Shown here: one piece after another, positions 27,510 to 36,884 of the stretch
How the letters are laid out: every line of letters begins with the position of its first letter
Position numbering within the stretch: position 1 is the stretch's first letter
Assembly: GCA_016861265.1 (NCBI GenBank)
Contig: BOLA01000001.1
Location: forward strand, 852,136-916,135
DNA length: 64,000 bases
Reading direction: 5' to 3'
Source of the DNA: Patescibacteria group bacterium
GTDB taxonomy: Bacteria; Patescibacteriota; Dojkabacteria; J137
The notes under the pieces: model-generated
What the model was told of the DNA's origin: nothing
Seen by the model: only the letters and a program-made list of their open reading frames with translations
Databases searched by the model: none
Made by a program: the position numbers and the translations under genes

Positions 27510-29084
27510 ATGAACAAACCAAAAGCAGTCATTTACACTAGAGTTTCATCAGATAGACAGATTGATAATACAAGTCTTGCCGATCAATTAAAAAAAGGTA
27601 AAGAGTATTGTGAGCGAAGAGGCTTAGAATTCGTTACAGAATTTAGAGAAGAAGGAGAATCAGCAGAACTAGCAGATAGAACAATTTTGAAAGAAGCATT
27701 GAATTATTGTGGCTTAAAGAAAAATGATATTACATATTTTCTAGTATTTAAGTTCGATAGATTCTCTCGTTCTGTTGAAAACCACCACCTAATTAAAGCT
27801 ATATTAAGCCGTAGTGGAGTTAAATTGATCTCAATGACAGAAGAGACACCTGACACTCCGGCAGGAAGATTAACAGAAAATATGCTTGCAACAATAGCCC
27901 AGTTTGATAACGAAGTCCGAACTGAAAGATGTATTAATGGGATTAAAGCAAAATTAAGACAAGGTATTTGGGTTTATGATTCTCCACTTGGATATATGAA
28001 AGATACAAACTTTAAAGGTAGTGGTGCTAAACCAGATATTCCAGATCCAGCAAAGTTTGAAATTGTAAAAGAAGGATGGAAAATGATGCTAACTGGAAGA
28101 TATAGGTCAAAAGATGTTTTAGAGTTTTTTCATAAAAAGGGATTAAGAAATAGGTATGGGAATAAATTAATTGCACAATCTGTTTCAAAGATTTTTTACA
28201 ATAAGTTCTATGCAGGATTATTGTTTGTTGATAGTTTTGGAATTGAAGAAAAAGGACAGCACCAACCAATGATTACGCTAGATGAATTCTATGCAGTTCA
28301 AGCAATTTTGGCTAAATACAATAATGGAAATCAAGTTAAGCATTTAGGTTACAATCCAGAATTTCCACTGAATAAAACAATTAAGTGTACTTGTTGTGGG
28401 AAATTTATGACTGGTGCTTGGTCTAAACAAAAAGGAGTATTTGGATATTACGCGTGCAGAAGACCCGAATGTAAGGAAAGAGATAAAATCAAGAAAGCTG
28501 ATGCAGAGACTTCATTTATTGAGCTATTGGAGAGAATTACTCCATCTCAAGAATTAGTAGATTTATACAAGGAAGCAGTTACCAAAGTATATTTGAAAAA
28601 ACTTCGAGAGAAAGAAGATATACAAAGGCATATTAAAAGTGAACTAAATGAGCTTGAGGTTAGATTATCTAAACTTGAAGAGCTTGTTGAAACAGATGTC
28701 TATTCTGTTGAAAAGTTTAAAGAAAAGTCTAAACCACTTGTACATGAGATTGCAGTTAAGAAAGTATCACTTTCTGAAACAAACATTGATTTATATGATG
28801 CGGAGGAATGTGTTAATTACTCCGTAAATTTTTTACAACTTTTACCTAAATATTGGATATCTCTGTCTGTAAAGGCAAAACATAGATTGCATGAGGTACT
28901 TTTCCCCGAAGGTCTAATTCTCGAAAATGGAAGAGTTACAACCAAGGCATTAGCCCAGTTCTATAATGATATTGAAGCAATTTCAGATGGTAATGTCCCA
29001 TCTGGTACACCCGGAGGGAGTCGAACCCCCAACCTTCGGTTCCGAAGACCGCTGCTCTATCCATTGAGCTACGGGTGCGCATAA
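27510..29084 (+). CDS. Large serine recombinase (resolvase + recombinase + Zn ribbon + coiled coil)
   Basis: YTRVSS, KFDRFSR, PLGY, Y.G...H.PMI, CTCC...YYAC...C; the last ~26 codons overlap tRNA-Arg antisense. Confidence 0.93.
   Translation: MNKPKAVIYTRVSSDRQIDNTSLADQLKKGKEYCERRGLEFVTEFREEGESAELADRTILKEALNYCGLKKNDITYFLVFKFDRFSRSVENHHLIKAILSRSGVKLISMTEETPDTPAGRLTENMLATIAQFDNEVRTERCINGIKAKLRQGIWVYDSPLGYMKDTNFKGSGAKPDIPDPAKFEIVKEGWKMMLTGRYRSKDVLEFFHKKGLRNRYGNKLIAQSVSKIFYNKFYAGLLFVDSFGIEEKGQHQPMITLDEFYAVQAILAKYNNGNQVKHLGYNPEFPLNKTIKCTCCGKFMTGAWSKQKGVFGYYACRRPECKERDKIKKADAETSFIELLERITPSQELVDLYKEAVTKVYLKKLREKEDIQRHIKSELNELEVRLSKLEELVETDVYSVEKFKEKSKPLVHEIAVKKVSLSETNIDLYDAEECVNYSVNFLQLLPKYWISLSVKAKHRLHEVLFPEGLILENGRVTTKALAQFYNDIEAISDGNVPSGTPGGSRTPNLRFRRPLLYPLSYGCA
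29003..29078 (-). tRNA. tRNA-Arg(TCG), CCA encoded
   Basis: Reverse complement GCACCCGTAGCTCAATGGATAGAGCAGCGGTCTTCGGAACCGAAGGTTGGGGGTTCGACTCCCTCCGGGTGTACCA. Confidence 0.95.
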
Positions 29085-29119
29085 AAATTTTAGCACTTAA
29101 GCGTGATCTTGGATAATAC

Positions 29120-29932
29120 TTAAATTCGAGTTGCACTTATAATTAATCGTCCTCTACCTGTATCAACCTTGCCTGTAGTCACTATCTTTAGACTTTTGCT
29201 GTCTGCACTTATATTATTATAAATATTATCGTAATTGCCGTTTAGGTATTCCTGCTTCGTAATTTTATAGGTGGATTTTTCGCCATTAAATTCTAATTTT
29301 ATTTCGTCGTTAATTTCTAGAAGATTTAAGAAATAGCAGCTTCTTGGATCTGTGTTATCAAAGAATCTTCTTGTACATAAAAATACTAGTTCTCCCTGAT
29401 TGTAGCTGTAAGATGATTTGTGCATCCAAAACCCAAACTTTAATGCCATTGAACTTTTAGGAGATATATATGCCGGTGAGTTAATCCCAAGTTCTTCTAT
29501 GTTTATTACAAAGTTCTTATTAGATTCCTCGGTAATCCTTACAGGGCCTAGCTCAGAATCGGAATAAATTTCTTCAAAAAAGTTAGTTGATCCAGCAACA
29601 AAAGAATCGTCCTTTTCCGGAATAAAAAAACTATAATTTAAATTCATATCGGCAACGGCTTGCTGTTCAACAGTAAGCTCAACTGATGACTTCTCTACTC
29701 CCTCCAATGGTTCAACAACTGCAACAGGAGTATCTCTTCTGACAGGTATTTCAAAGTTATAGTCTAATCTGTTAATTCTTACAATATTAGAGATTTCGGC
29801 AACCGCGATATCTACTCCAGGTTGAATTATCTTCCAAATAATATTACCTATGGCTACTAATGCAATTATTGATACTGCAAAGATTACCAAAATCATAACT
29901 AGTATATTTTTATCGTCTTTATTTGTGTACAT
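29120..29932 (-). CDS. Membrane-anchored sortase-fold protein lacking catalytic His/Cys
   Basis: INIEELGINSP...GELVFLCTR...LNLLEINDEI...Y.I...LKIVTT...RLIISA follows the sortase pattern. Confidence 0.65.
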   Translation of the reverse strand: MYTNKDDKNILVMILVIFAVSIIALVAIGNIIWKIIQPGVDIAVAEISNIVRINRLDYNFEIPVRRDTPVAVVEPLEGVEKSSVELTVEQQAVADMNLNYSFFIPEKDDSFVAGSTNFFEEIYSDSELGPVRITEESNKNFVINIEELGINSPAYISPKSSMALKFGFWMHKSSYSYNQGELVFLCTRRFFDNTDPRSCYFLNLLEINDEIKLEFNGEKSTYKITKQEYLNGNYDNIYNNISADSKSLKIVTTGKVDTGRGRLIISATRI

Positions 29933-30031
29933 TTAGCTAGTCAAATTAATGTCTTTTATATAAAATGTAAATCGAAGTAATTATAGCATAATAGCCCTGC
30001 TGTTTTAAATATTGGGTATATATCAATAATT

Positions 30032-30550
30032 ATGTTTCTTATTAAAAAATATAGAATAGCCTTATTAGTAACCTTAGTAGTTGGTGCAATTATAGGTGGA
30101 ATAGTTATATTCTCCAACCAACCAACTATAGCTCTGTACAAATTCAATTCCGGATTAACATTGAATTTTGATTTGAATAAGTGGAGATTAATACCTAATT
30201 CTACTAACGGAGATATAATTGAAAGCCAAAACAAAGACGTTTCAATTTTTCTTACTGCTGCAGAACTAGAAGACAAATCTAAAGCATTAGATAATATTGT
30301 AACGGATAGAGTATCTGCATTAAATAAACAGAACATATCGGTTACAACTACCCAAATAGAAATTAATGATTTACCTTTTTATAAAATCGAATATACAGAT
30401 ACCGGGGATGAGAATATAAAACCAGAAGAAGCAGGTGTGGGCTTTGTAACCTTGTATAATGGAACATATACTACCATTCAAATTTATTACAAAACAAATT
30501 CAGATATTACGGAGGCGCTAGATATTGTTTCGAGTGTTAAAGCTAATTAG
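30032..30550 (+). CDS. Membrane-anchored hypothetical protein (PsbP-like fold possible)
   Basis: N-terminal TM; ends LDIVSSVK. Confidence 0.65.
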   Translation: MFLIKKYRIALLVTLVVGAIIGGIVIFSNQPTIALYKFNSGLTLNFDLNKWRLIPNSTNGDIIESQNKDVSIFLTAAELEDKSKALDNIVTDRVSALNKQNISVTTTQIEINDLPFYKIEYTDTGDENIKPEEAGVGFVTLYNGTYTTIQIYYKTNSDITEALDIVSSVKAN

Positions 30551-32618
30551 TACTAATAAGCTTTAAGGTATTTTCTGAAGGTATACTTGTAAAAATAATC
30601 TGCTGTGGTTTCAATCCATGTACAAACTTTACTAAATCATCTGAATAGTTATTTAGTCTAATAATCAGCTCAAGGTTTTTTTCCTTTGCTAACGCTTTGA
30701 GCAACTGCAATGTCTTTACACCAATTTCGTGATCAACATCTCGAATCTCACTTCTGAAAGTAAGAGCCTTAAGCAATTTTGAATAGTTAACAACAATTCC
30801 GTCTATTCTATTTTTTTCAATTCTATCGAGTTCAAATATAAAGGAAGGAATTGCAACTTCTGCATAAATTCTAAAATTGCCTGTCCTCTTTAATCCATTT
30901 ATAGTAAATACTTTTTCTATGTCCTCTAAGTTGCTTAGATTTCGGACAGCTGGAATACATACATTAATATTTCTGCTGTTATGTGTAATTCTAGATTTTT
31001 TTATTGCGGCAACCTCTAGTCCTAAGCTTTCCGGGTAGTCAATAAATCTTTCATCAAGGTTGTACTTGTATTTATTTTCTTTTACTCCTAATAGTGTCAA
31101 TTCCGCCGATGAAATTGACGACAGCTGATAAATCATTGGCTTATGAATTGCACATCTAGCAGCGGTGGATAAGTCTAGAGAATATTTTTCCAACAAGTTA
31201 ATTAATACTTTTTGGTTTGTAGAATATTCTTCAGGGAGAATATTATTATTTAAAATCATTTCGGTTCCGTCAAAGAAGCTTCCGCTAAAATACTGTAATG
31301 CACTTAAGTGTTTTGAATTCATTTTTGAAATATCCAAAAACACACCGGAATCAAAAAAGAAATCGTCTATATATTTTATTCTTGCATCTTCAGGTTCCTT
31401 ATCCTTTTTTAGCTCTGGGAAGTTCATTTCTCGTTCTTTTATAGGTTCTTCTACTTCAGGTATTACCTCTATTATTGGTTCATCTTCCTTCCCGTCGACT
31501 ATATCAAAGACTTCCTCTGCAAGCTTTTCTATGTCCGGCTCTTTATTTTTTGTTTGCTTCTCTTCTTTTTTCTCCGGTTTTTTCTCAGCAACTTTTACTT
31601 CCCTTTTTCGTTCTACAGTAGGTAGTTCCAATGGGTCTAATGCTAGTATATATATTTCCCCGGCTTCTATTCCCCATTTTACGCTTACATCTTGTTTAAA
31701 AAGTAACTCAATTTTTCTTGTAACTTTGGAAATATATACAATTGTCTCGTCATCTAATTTAGGATTCTTTTTCCAATTAGAAGATAATTCCACTTTTATG
31801 AATTTTTGTTTATCGGTTTTTTTTAATTCGTGAATATACATATGGTCTTGAGGAACAATATGGCTATTCACAATCGCAAATGTTTTATTATCTACCACAT
31901 AACTATCGCTGAACTCTTCAAAATTTTCATTCTCAATTCCATAAACAGCTCGTACTTGAATTTCGTTTTTGCTGAATACTGTGGCACTGTTAGCAATTCC
32001 AGAAACTTCTGCACGAATTAACTTTTGAATAATTAATCCTACACTAATTTCTCCCTTGTAATAACCATTTGCTCTGAATTCAATTGCCTCCTCACTAAAT
32101 AATTGAGCCCAAGAAGCTTTTATTTGATGTATTAAATCATCCTGTCCCTGTAATAGTATCTCTCCGGTATTTAGCCTGGTTGGAGGAACAAACTTTTCTT
32201 CAATAATATTCGAAGTGATGATTGTTACTATCGGGTTTTCGTTATTCTGACTTAGTTTTTTATATGCAAATTCAAGATCCTTTTGCAGCTTTTCCGGAAG
32301 TTTTGCTTCCATTATCAATTTTTTTATAGAAGCCGATGCTTCCTTCGCTGATTGTTTAATGAATGGTCTAACTTTTTTTAATTCTTTTGCAATAGGTGAA
32401 ACTAAATTGTTACTAACCAAAAATTCATCAAAGGCAACAGTGGAAATAATAAATGACGAAGGTATAGGAATATTTTCCTTTACTAGAAAAGCCAAATCAA
32501 TCGCTTCTCTTCCCGAAAGTTCAAAATCTCTTTCTCTTAAATTTTTTGGAATAAGAATAAATTCCGGAATTTTGTTGGCCATAGTTATCAATTCATTATG
32601 AAAGTTTAAAAAACCCAT
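30543..32618 (-). CDS. Degenerate PEP synthase/PPDK-like protein (nucleotide-binding domain + PEP-binding barrel)
   Basis: IPIPSSFIIST.AF, IKASWAQLFS..AI.FR, IQKLI.AEVSG, AVYG, VKWGIE, DERFI, AEVAIPS; no phospho-His domain. Confidence 0.75.
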   Translation of the reverse strand: MGFLNFHNELITMANKIPEFILIPKNLRERDFELSGREAIDLAFLVKENIPIPSSFIISTVAFDEFLVSNNLVSPIAKELKKVRPFIKQSAKEASASIKKLIMEAKLPEKLQKDLEFAYKKLSQNNENPIVTIITSNIIEEKFVPPTRLNTGEILLQGQDDLIHQIKASWAQLFSEEAIEFRANGYYKGEISVGLIIQKLIRAEVSGIANSATVFSKNEIQVRAVYGIENENFEEFSDSYVVDNKTFAIVNSHIVPQDHMYIHELKKTDKQKFIKVELSSNWKKNPKLDDETIVYISKVTRKIELLFKQDVSVKWGIEAGEIYILALDPLELPTVERKREVKVAEKKPEKKEEKQTKNKEPDIEKLAEEVFDIVDGKEDEPIIEVIPEVEEPIKEREMNFPELKKDKEPEDARIKYIDDFFFDSGVFLDISKMNSKHLSALQYFSGSFFDGTEMILNNNILPEEYSTNQKVLINLLEKYSLDLSTAARCAIHKPMIYQLSSISSAELTLLGVKENKYKYNLDERFIDYPESLGLEVAAIKKSRITHNSRNINVCIPAVRNLSNLEDIEKVFTINGLKRTGNFRIYAEVAIPSFIFELDRIEKNRIDGIVVNYSKLLKALTFRSEIRDVDHEIGVKTLQLLKALAKEKNLELIIRLNNYSDDLVKFVHGLKPQQIIFTSIPSENTLKLISTN

Positions 32619-32761
32619 GTCAATGATTTTCTATTTTGTTTAAACTAAGTTTAGAGATTGTGATATATTTTGCTGCCGGTTTGTGTTGACGATATGCGAT
32701 ATTGTGATATATAATAATTATATCTATTGGCAATGCGAATGCATTCAGAGGAGTTTTTAAA

Positions 32762-33070
32762 ATGGCTGTTACACAGCAACAATCAGATACGGTGAGGGTC
32801 AGTGGAATCTCTTGGCTTGAGCGGACATGGTACATGTTGCTTGCACTCATCCGCTCCACTGCCGTTCTGATTTTCGCCATCGGGATTCTTTTAATCGGAG
32901 TTGCGCTTATCTCGGAAAGCAATGTCCGGGTAATCGCCCAAACTGATGAGGAAGGCTGCATCACCTCGGTGTATGCGACCAACCACCCGATGAACGACCA
33001 ATGGGTCGTCCGTATCTGGGGTGATAAACCCGCAGACGATGGCAAGCCCGATCCGCACTTCTGCCACTAG
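32762..33070 (+). CDS. Small GC-rich membrane-anchored protein (SD-led orphan)
   Basis: TTGACG-N18-TATAAT (32686-32715), GAGGAG, TM helix, hairpin at about 33077-33101. Confidence 0.75.
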   Translation: MAVTQQQSDTVRVSGISWLERTWYMLLALIRSTAVLIFAIGILLIGVALISESNVRVIAQTDEEGCITSVYATNHPMNDQWVVRIWGDKPADDGKPDPHFCH

Positions 33071-33176
33071 CACAAAGGGGGTACTGCTAACAGCACCCCC
33101 CAAACTTTTCCAATTTCAATTCTGTATATACTGTTTATATATGTTATAATATATTCAGCACTAAGGAGGTGCACGA

Positions 33177-33482
33177 ATGTTAAAAAAGCTCTTAGTAGTT
33201 ACCCTATTGGCTGTGTTGCTCGGAGTGTTTCCAGTAGCAGCGCAGGAAGACGATTCGCAGGTCAGCGAGTTTACCGTCTACTTGCCTCCATTCTCCGTAG
33301 AATTCTTCTACGCGGACTGGCTGGCTGACGACACTACTTGCCAGTTCTGGGGAACGTCGTTCGGTCTCATGCGTGAGATTGGCGAGCAAATGCCGAAAGC
33401 CTACCGCTTAAATGTGGTGTACGGCGGATGTGGCGTGTTGCGAACGTCAATCTTCACCTACGATGCCAATAGCGAGAAATAA
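33177..33482 (+). CDS. Small GC-rich secreted protein (SD-led orphan)
   Basis: TAAGGAGGTG, signal peptide MLKKLL...VAA-Q, TGnTATAAT, hairpin 33505-33531. Confidence 0.8.
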   Translation: MLKKLLVVTLLAVLLGVFPVAAQEDDSQVSEFTVYLPPFSVEFFYADWLADDTTCQFWGTSFGLMREIGEQMPKAYRLNVVYGGCGVLRTSIFTYDANSEK

Positions 33483-33504
33483 CTACCCTCCGTAACGTGT
33501 CCGC

Positions 33505-33531
33505 AGGCTTCGGGAGTAACTCCCGAAGCCT
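33505..33531. terminator. Hairpin between convergent genes
   Basis: aggcttcgggag-taa-ctcccgaagcct. Confidence 0.7.
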
Positions 33532-33540
33532 TAAGTTTGC

Positions 33541-36006
33541 CTAGGCAATTGAGAATTTTTTCCCCTTATAAACAATTCTTACTTTCTGTCCTGACTTTAT
33601 TTTATCGTCAAGAATTAAACTAGAAAGTAAATTATCGATTTCACTTTGGACAGCCCTTTTTATTGGTCTAGCACCATATTGAGGATTGTAGCTGATATCC
33701 GCAATTTCATTCACAACACTTTCGTCGAATTCAACTTCAATATTTTGCGACCTCATTAGGGTTTTTGTATTATCTAGAATTAGCCTTACAATTTCGTTAA
33801 CTTCTTGCCTTGTAAGAGCTTTAAATACAATAATTTCATCAAGTCGATTTAAGAACTCCGGTCTAAAAAATTTTCTTAAGAGTTGAAATATGCCGGCTCT
33901 AACTTCGTCCCATGATGGAGTATCTTCGGAATTATCCTTTAATTTTATTAAGCCTTCGTGGCTTTCCTTGGGTCTGGTAACCTTACTTTGCTCATTTAAC
34001 CCAATTGAAGTTAGTATTAAATCACTTCCTATATTGCTTGTTGCAATAATTATCGTATTTTTAAAGTCTACTACTCTACCTTTCCCGTCTGTTAATTTCC
34101 CGTCGTCCAAGACTTGTAGCAGAATATTAAATACATCTGGATGTGCCTTTTCGAGCTCGTCTAGAAGTATTACAGAATAAGGTTTACGTCGTACTTTTTC
34201 GGTGAGTTGTCCGCCTTCTTCGTAGCCTACATAACCTGGAGGGGCTCCAATTAAACGTGTTACGGAGAATTTTTCCATATATTCACTCATATCAATTCTT
34301 ATGAGTGCATCTTCGTCCCCAAATACAATCTCAGATAAAGCTTTGGCTAGCTCAGTTTTTCCAACTCCAGTTGGTCCTAGAAATAGAAAACTGGCGATAG
34401 GTCTTCTGGGATCTTTTAATCCAGTTCTAGATCTCCTAATTGCCTGGGCAACTAAATGCACGGCCTCATGCTGGCCAATAACTCTTTCGTGCAATTTCTG
34501 CTCAAGATTCTTTAAACTTTCCTTTTCCGCCTTATTTAATTCAGTAATAGGAATACCAGTCATTCTACTTATAATCTCGTGAATGTCTGAAACAGTAACT
34601 TCTGGAGTTCCTGTGCCTCTTTGTTTTAACCAGTCTTCTTCAATAGGCTTGAGTTCTTCTTTAAGTTGTTCAATTTTCACTTTTATTTCGGCAGCTTCTT
34701 TGTGTTGAGAGGCTCTAGTTAAAGACTCTCTTTCCGTTTCAAGTTTCTTGATTTCATCTTTGAGTGTTCTAAGTTCTTTTGGTTCGCTAGTAAATTTTAT
34801 TCTTACTCTGCTTGCAGCTTCGTCCACAATGTCTATTGCCTTGTCGGGTAAAAAACGGTTTTTTATATATCTATCCGATAGATTTGCTGCAGCTACTAAA
34901 GCTTCTTCTTGTATTTTTAATTTGTGATGAGCTTCGTATCTTTCTTTTATTCCCTTCAAAATTAATACAGTTTGATCCACACTTGGCTCATTTACTAATA
35001 CGGGCTGAAATCTTCTTTCTAATGCCGCATCTTTTTCTATATATTTTTGATATTCATTTAGTGTAGTTGCACCAATTACTTGTAATTCGCCCCTTGCAAG
35101 AGCGGGTTTAATCATATTACTAAAGTCTAGTTCTCCGCTCTGAGCTCCGCTTCCAACAATTGTATGCAATTCGTCAATAAACAGAATTACGTTTCGTTCT
35201 ACTTTCTCTAGGTCATCAATTAATTTTTTAACTCTTTCTTCGAATTCGCCTCTAAATTTTGAACCTGCAACTAGCTTACTTAAATCTAGTGCACGTACGG
35301 TTTTGTTGCGTAAAACTTCGGGAACCTGATCTAAGACTATTTTTTGTGCTAGTCCTTCTGCTATTGCAGTTTTTCCTACTCCGGGTTCACCAATTAGCAC
35401 TGGGTTATTCTTTTTTCTTCGGGATAAAATTTCAATTACCCTAGTTATTTCATCTTCTCTGCCGATGACGGGATCAATTTTATCTTGTCTAGCAAGCTCA
35501 TTAAGATCTTTTGAAAATTCGTTAAGAGTAGGTGTATCTAGACCATTTCCCACTTTGTTACCTTCTTTATCACCTTCGCCAACAACTTTTATAACCGCTT
35601 GCCTTGCTTGAACATGATTAATGGCATATTTTCTAAGAATTTGCGCAGCCAAACCTTCCTGTTCAAGAATTAATCCTAGGAAAATATGTTCTGTTCCAAT
35701 GTAATTATGTCTTAGTTCAATGGATTCATTGTTTGCTAGTTGTAGTACCTGATAGGCTCTAGGAGTAAAGTTTGGAGTTTCCATAGAGAAGCTTCCTTGA
35801 GGGATTTGCTTATCAAGGTATTCTCTTAATTCATTTACGTTAACGCCTAGTTCCTTAAATACCCTCTTCATCACAACTTCGTCTTCGGTAATGCCATAAA
35901 GTATATGTTCAGTATCTATAGCTCTTTGCCCTTTCTGTTGGGCAACTTCAAATGCTTTTTGAAGTGCTTCTTGTGTTCTTTTTGAAAATTGATCTGGTAA
36001 ATTCAT
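33541..36006 (-). CDS. clpC: ATP-dependent Clp protease ATP-binding subunit (ClpC/ClpB family)
   Basis: Two Clp-N repeats, [37 protein letters not shown]. Confidence 0.9.
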   Translation of the reverse strand: MNLPDQFSKRTQEALQKAFEVAQQKGQRAIDTEHILYGITEDEVVMKRVFKELGVNVNELREYLDKQIPQGSFSMETPNFTPRAYQVLQLANNESIELRHNYIGTEHIFLGLILEQEGLAAQILRKYAINHVQARQAVIKVVGEGDKEGNKVGNGLDTPTLNEFSKDLNELARQDKIDPVIGREDEITRVIEILSRRKKNNPVLIGEPGVGKTAIAEGLAQKIVLDQVPEVLRNKTVRALDLSKLVAGSKFRGEFEERVKKLIDDLEKVERNVILFIDELHTIVGSGAQSGELDFSNMIKPALARGELQVIGATTLNEYQKYIEKDAALERRFQPVLVNEPSVDQTVLILKGIKERYEAHHKLKIQEEALVAAANLSDRYIKNRFLPDKAIDIVDEAASRVRIKFTSEPKELRTLKDEIKKLETERESLTRASQHKEAAEIKVKIEQLKEELKPIEEDWLKQRGTGTPEVTVSDIHEIISRMTGIPITELNKAEKESLKNLEQKLHERVIGQHEAVHLVAQAIRRSRTGLKDPRRPIASFLFLGPTGVGKTELAKALSEIVFGDEDALIRIDMSEYMEKFSVTRLIGAPPGYVGYEEGGQLTEKVRRKPYSVILLDELEKAHPDVFNILLQVLDDGKLTDGKGRVVDFKNTIIIATSNIGSDLILTSIGLNEQSKVTRPKESHEGLIKLKDNSEDTPSWDEVRAGIFQLLRKFFRPEFLNRLDEIIVFKALTRQEVNEIVRLILDNTKTLMRSQNIEVEFDESVVNEIADISYNPQYGARPIKRAVQSEIDNLLSSLILDDKIKSGQKVRIVYKGKKFSIA

Positions 36007-36059
36007 ATATTTTTCATTTTAAAATTTAAAAATGAATTATTTATACATATAAGCATATT

Positions 36060-36086
36060 TTAGCAGACAACCCGGCAGTCTGCTAA
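36060..36086. promoter_or_regulatory. CIRCE-like operator upstream of clpC
   Basis: Perfect inverted repeat TTAGCAGAC-N9-GTCTGCTAA. Confidence 0.8.
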
Positions 36087-36155
36087 TTTTTTAATTACAA
36101 GTGTAATCAATAGCTTTATCTGTTAGAATTTTAAAAGTTATACGTTTCTAATTTA

Positions 36156-36881
36156 ATGAGTTCTGCAGTGTATCCTGACGACAACCTAGAGCCAGATTTT
36201 CTTGATCAATTGGACGAAGAATCTGCACAGCCAAATGCAGTTAATCAGGATGCAAATCCTACATCATTTGCTGCAGGCAGAAAACTTTTAAGAGATTCTG
36301 TTTACAAGGGTGCTAATTTAGAAATCAGAAGAAAGGCCATTATTGCTAACATTGCTAAGTCCAAATATAGTCAATATAGCGAACAGAGATCTCTAAGAAT
36401 GGCTGCATCTGAGTATGATCAGATGGTTCAATTAGCATATGCAAAAATAAGAGGAGAAATGCCGGATTTAGATGCTGCTCAAGCAAGACTGCTGGCTGAA
36501 CAGGAGGTCTTAAAGGCCCAAGGTACATTGAAAACAAATGCACAAGCCCTAGCCTCTAAAGGAGGAAAGTTAGCAAAAAAAGGATTTAAAAAAGGAGTTA
36601 AATATGTAGGTAATATTTTATTACCGGGACTTGGTTCCGTATTGCACTTCTTTATTTTCAATAAAATTGGGAGAATAATCATTGTCTTAATTTGTTTATG
36701 CTGTTTCTTTTTAATTATAGAGGTATGGCAGACTTTTGCATCGGAAGATAAATGGAACTCTATTAGAGAATCAGCTAACTTAGTAAGCTGTGCTGGAGGT
36801 ACCGATAACGATAAGCTAGCTAAATGTTTATTTGATCAGAAAATTGAAGAGTATTCGCTTCAAGAACCAACACCTGAATAA
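36156..36881 (+). CDS. Hypothetical membrane protein, first gene of a 3-gene operon
   Basis: 241 aa with a C-terminal hydrophobic segment; 3 bp from the next gene. Confidence 0.75.
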   Translation: MSSAVYPDDNLEPDFLDQLDEESAQPNAVNQDANPTSFAAGRKLLRDSVYKGANLEIRRKAIIANIAKSKYSQYSEQRSLRMAASEYDQMVQLAYAKIRGEMPDLDAAQARLLAEQEVLKAQGTLKTNAQALASKGGKLAKKGFKKGVKYVGNILLPGLGSVLHFFIFNKIGRIIIVLICLCCFFLIIEVWQTFASEDKWNSIRESANLVSCAGGTDNDKLAKCLFDQKIEEYSLQEPTPE

Positions 36882-36884
36882 AAC

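Larger units (their letters stand above)
14854..29005. mobile_element. Putative integrative element/genomic island at the tRNA-Arg 3' end (left border uncertain; core module 23301-29084)
   Basis: Serine recombinase running into the tRNA, a replication-relaxation gene, an HTH rep-like gene and an accessory enzyme cluster. No clear att duplication found. Confidence 0.65.

Noticed and set aside
14120-29002. Island originally inserted within a tRNA-Arg/tRNA-Lys operon
   Set aside because: tRNA-Lys has its own TAGACA-N17-TATAAT promoter and no duplicated tRNA-Arg end is visible beside it.
29090-29116. TTAGCACTT as a third CIRCE
   Set aside because: No matching right arm at 9-bp spacing.
31165-31833. 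222-aa antisense ORF and other short antisense ORFs in the track
   Set aside because: Ser/Phe-rich mirror translations of K/E-rich genes on the other strand.
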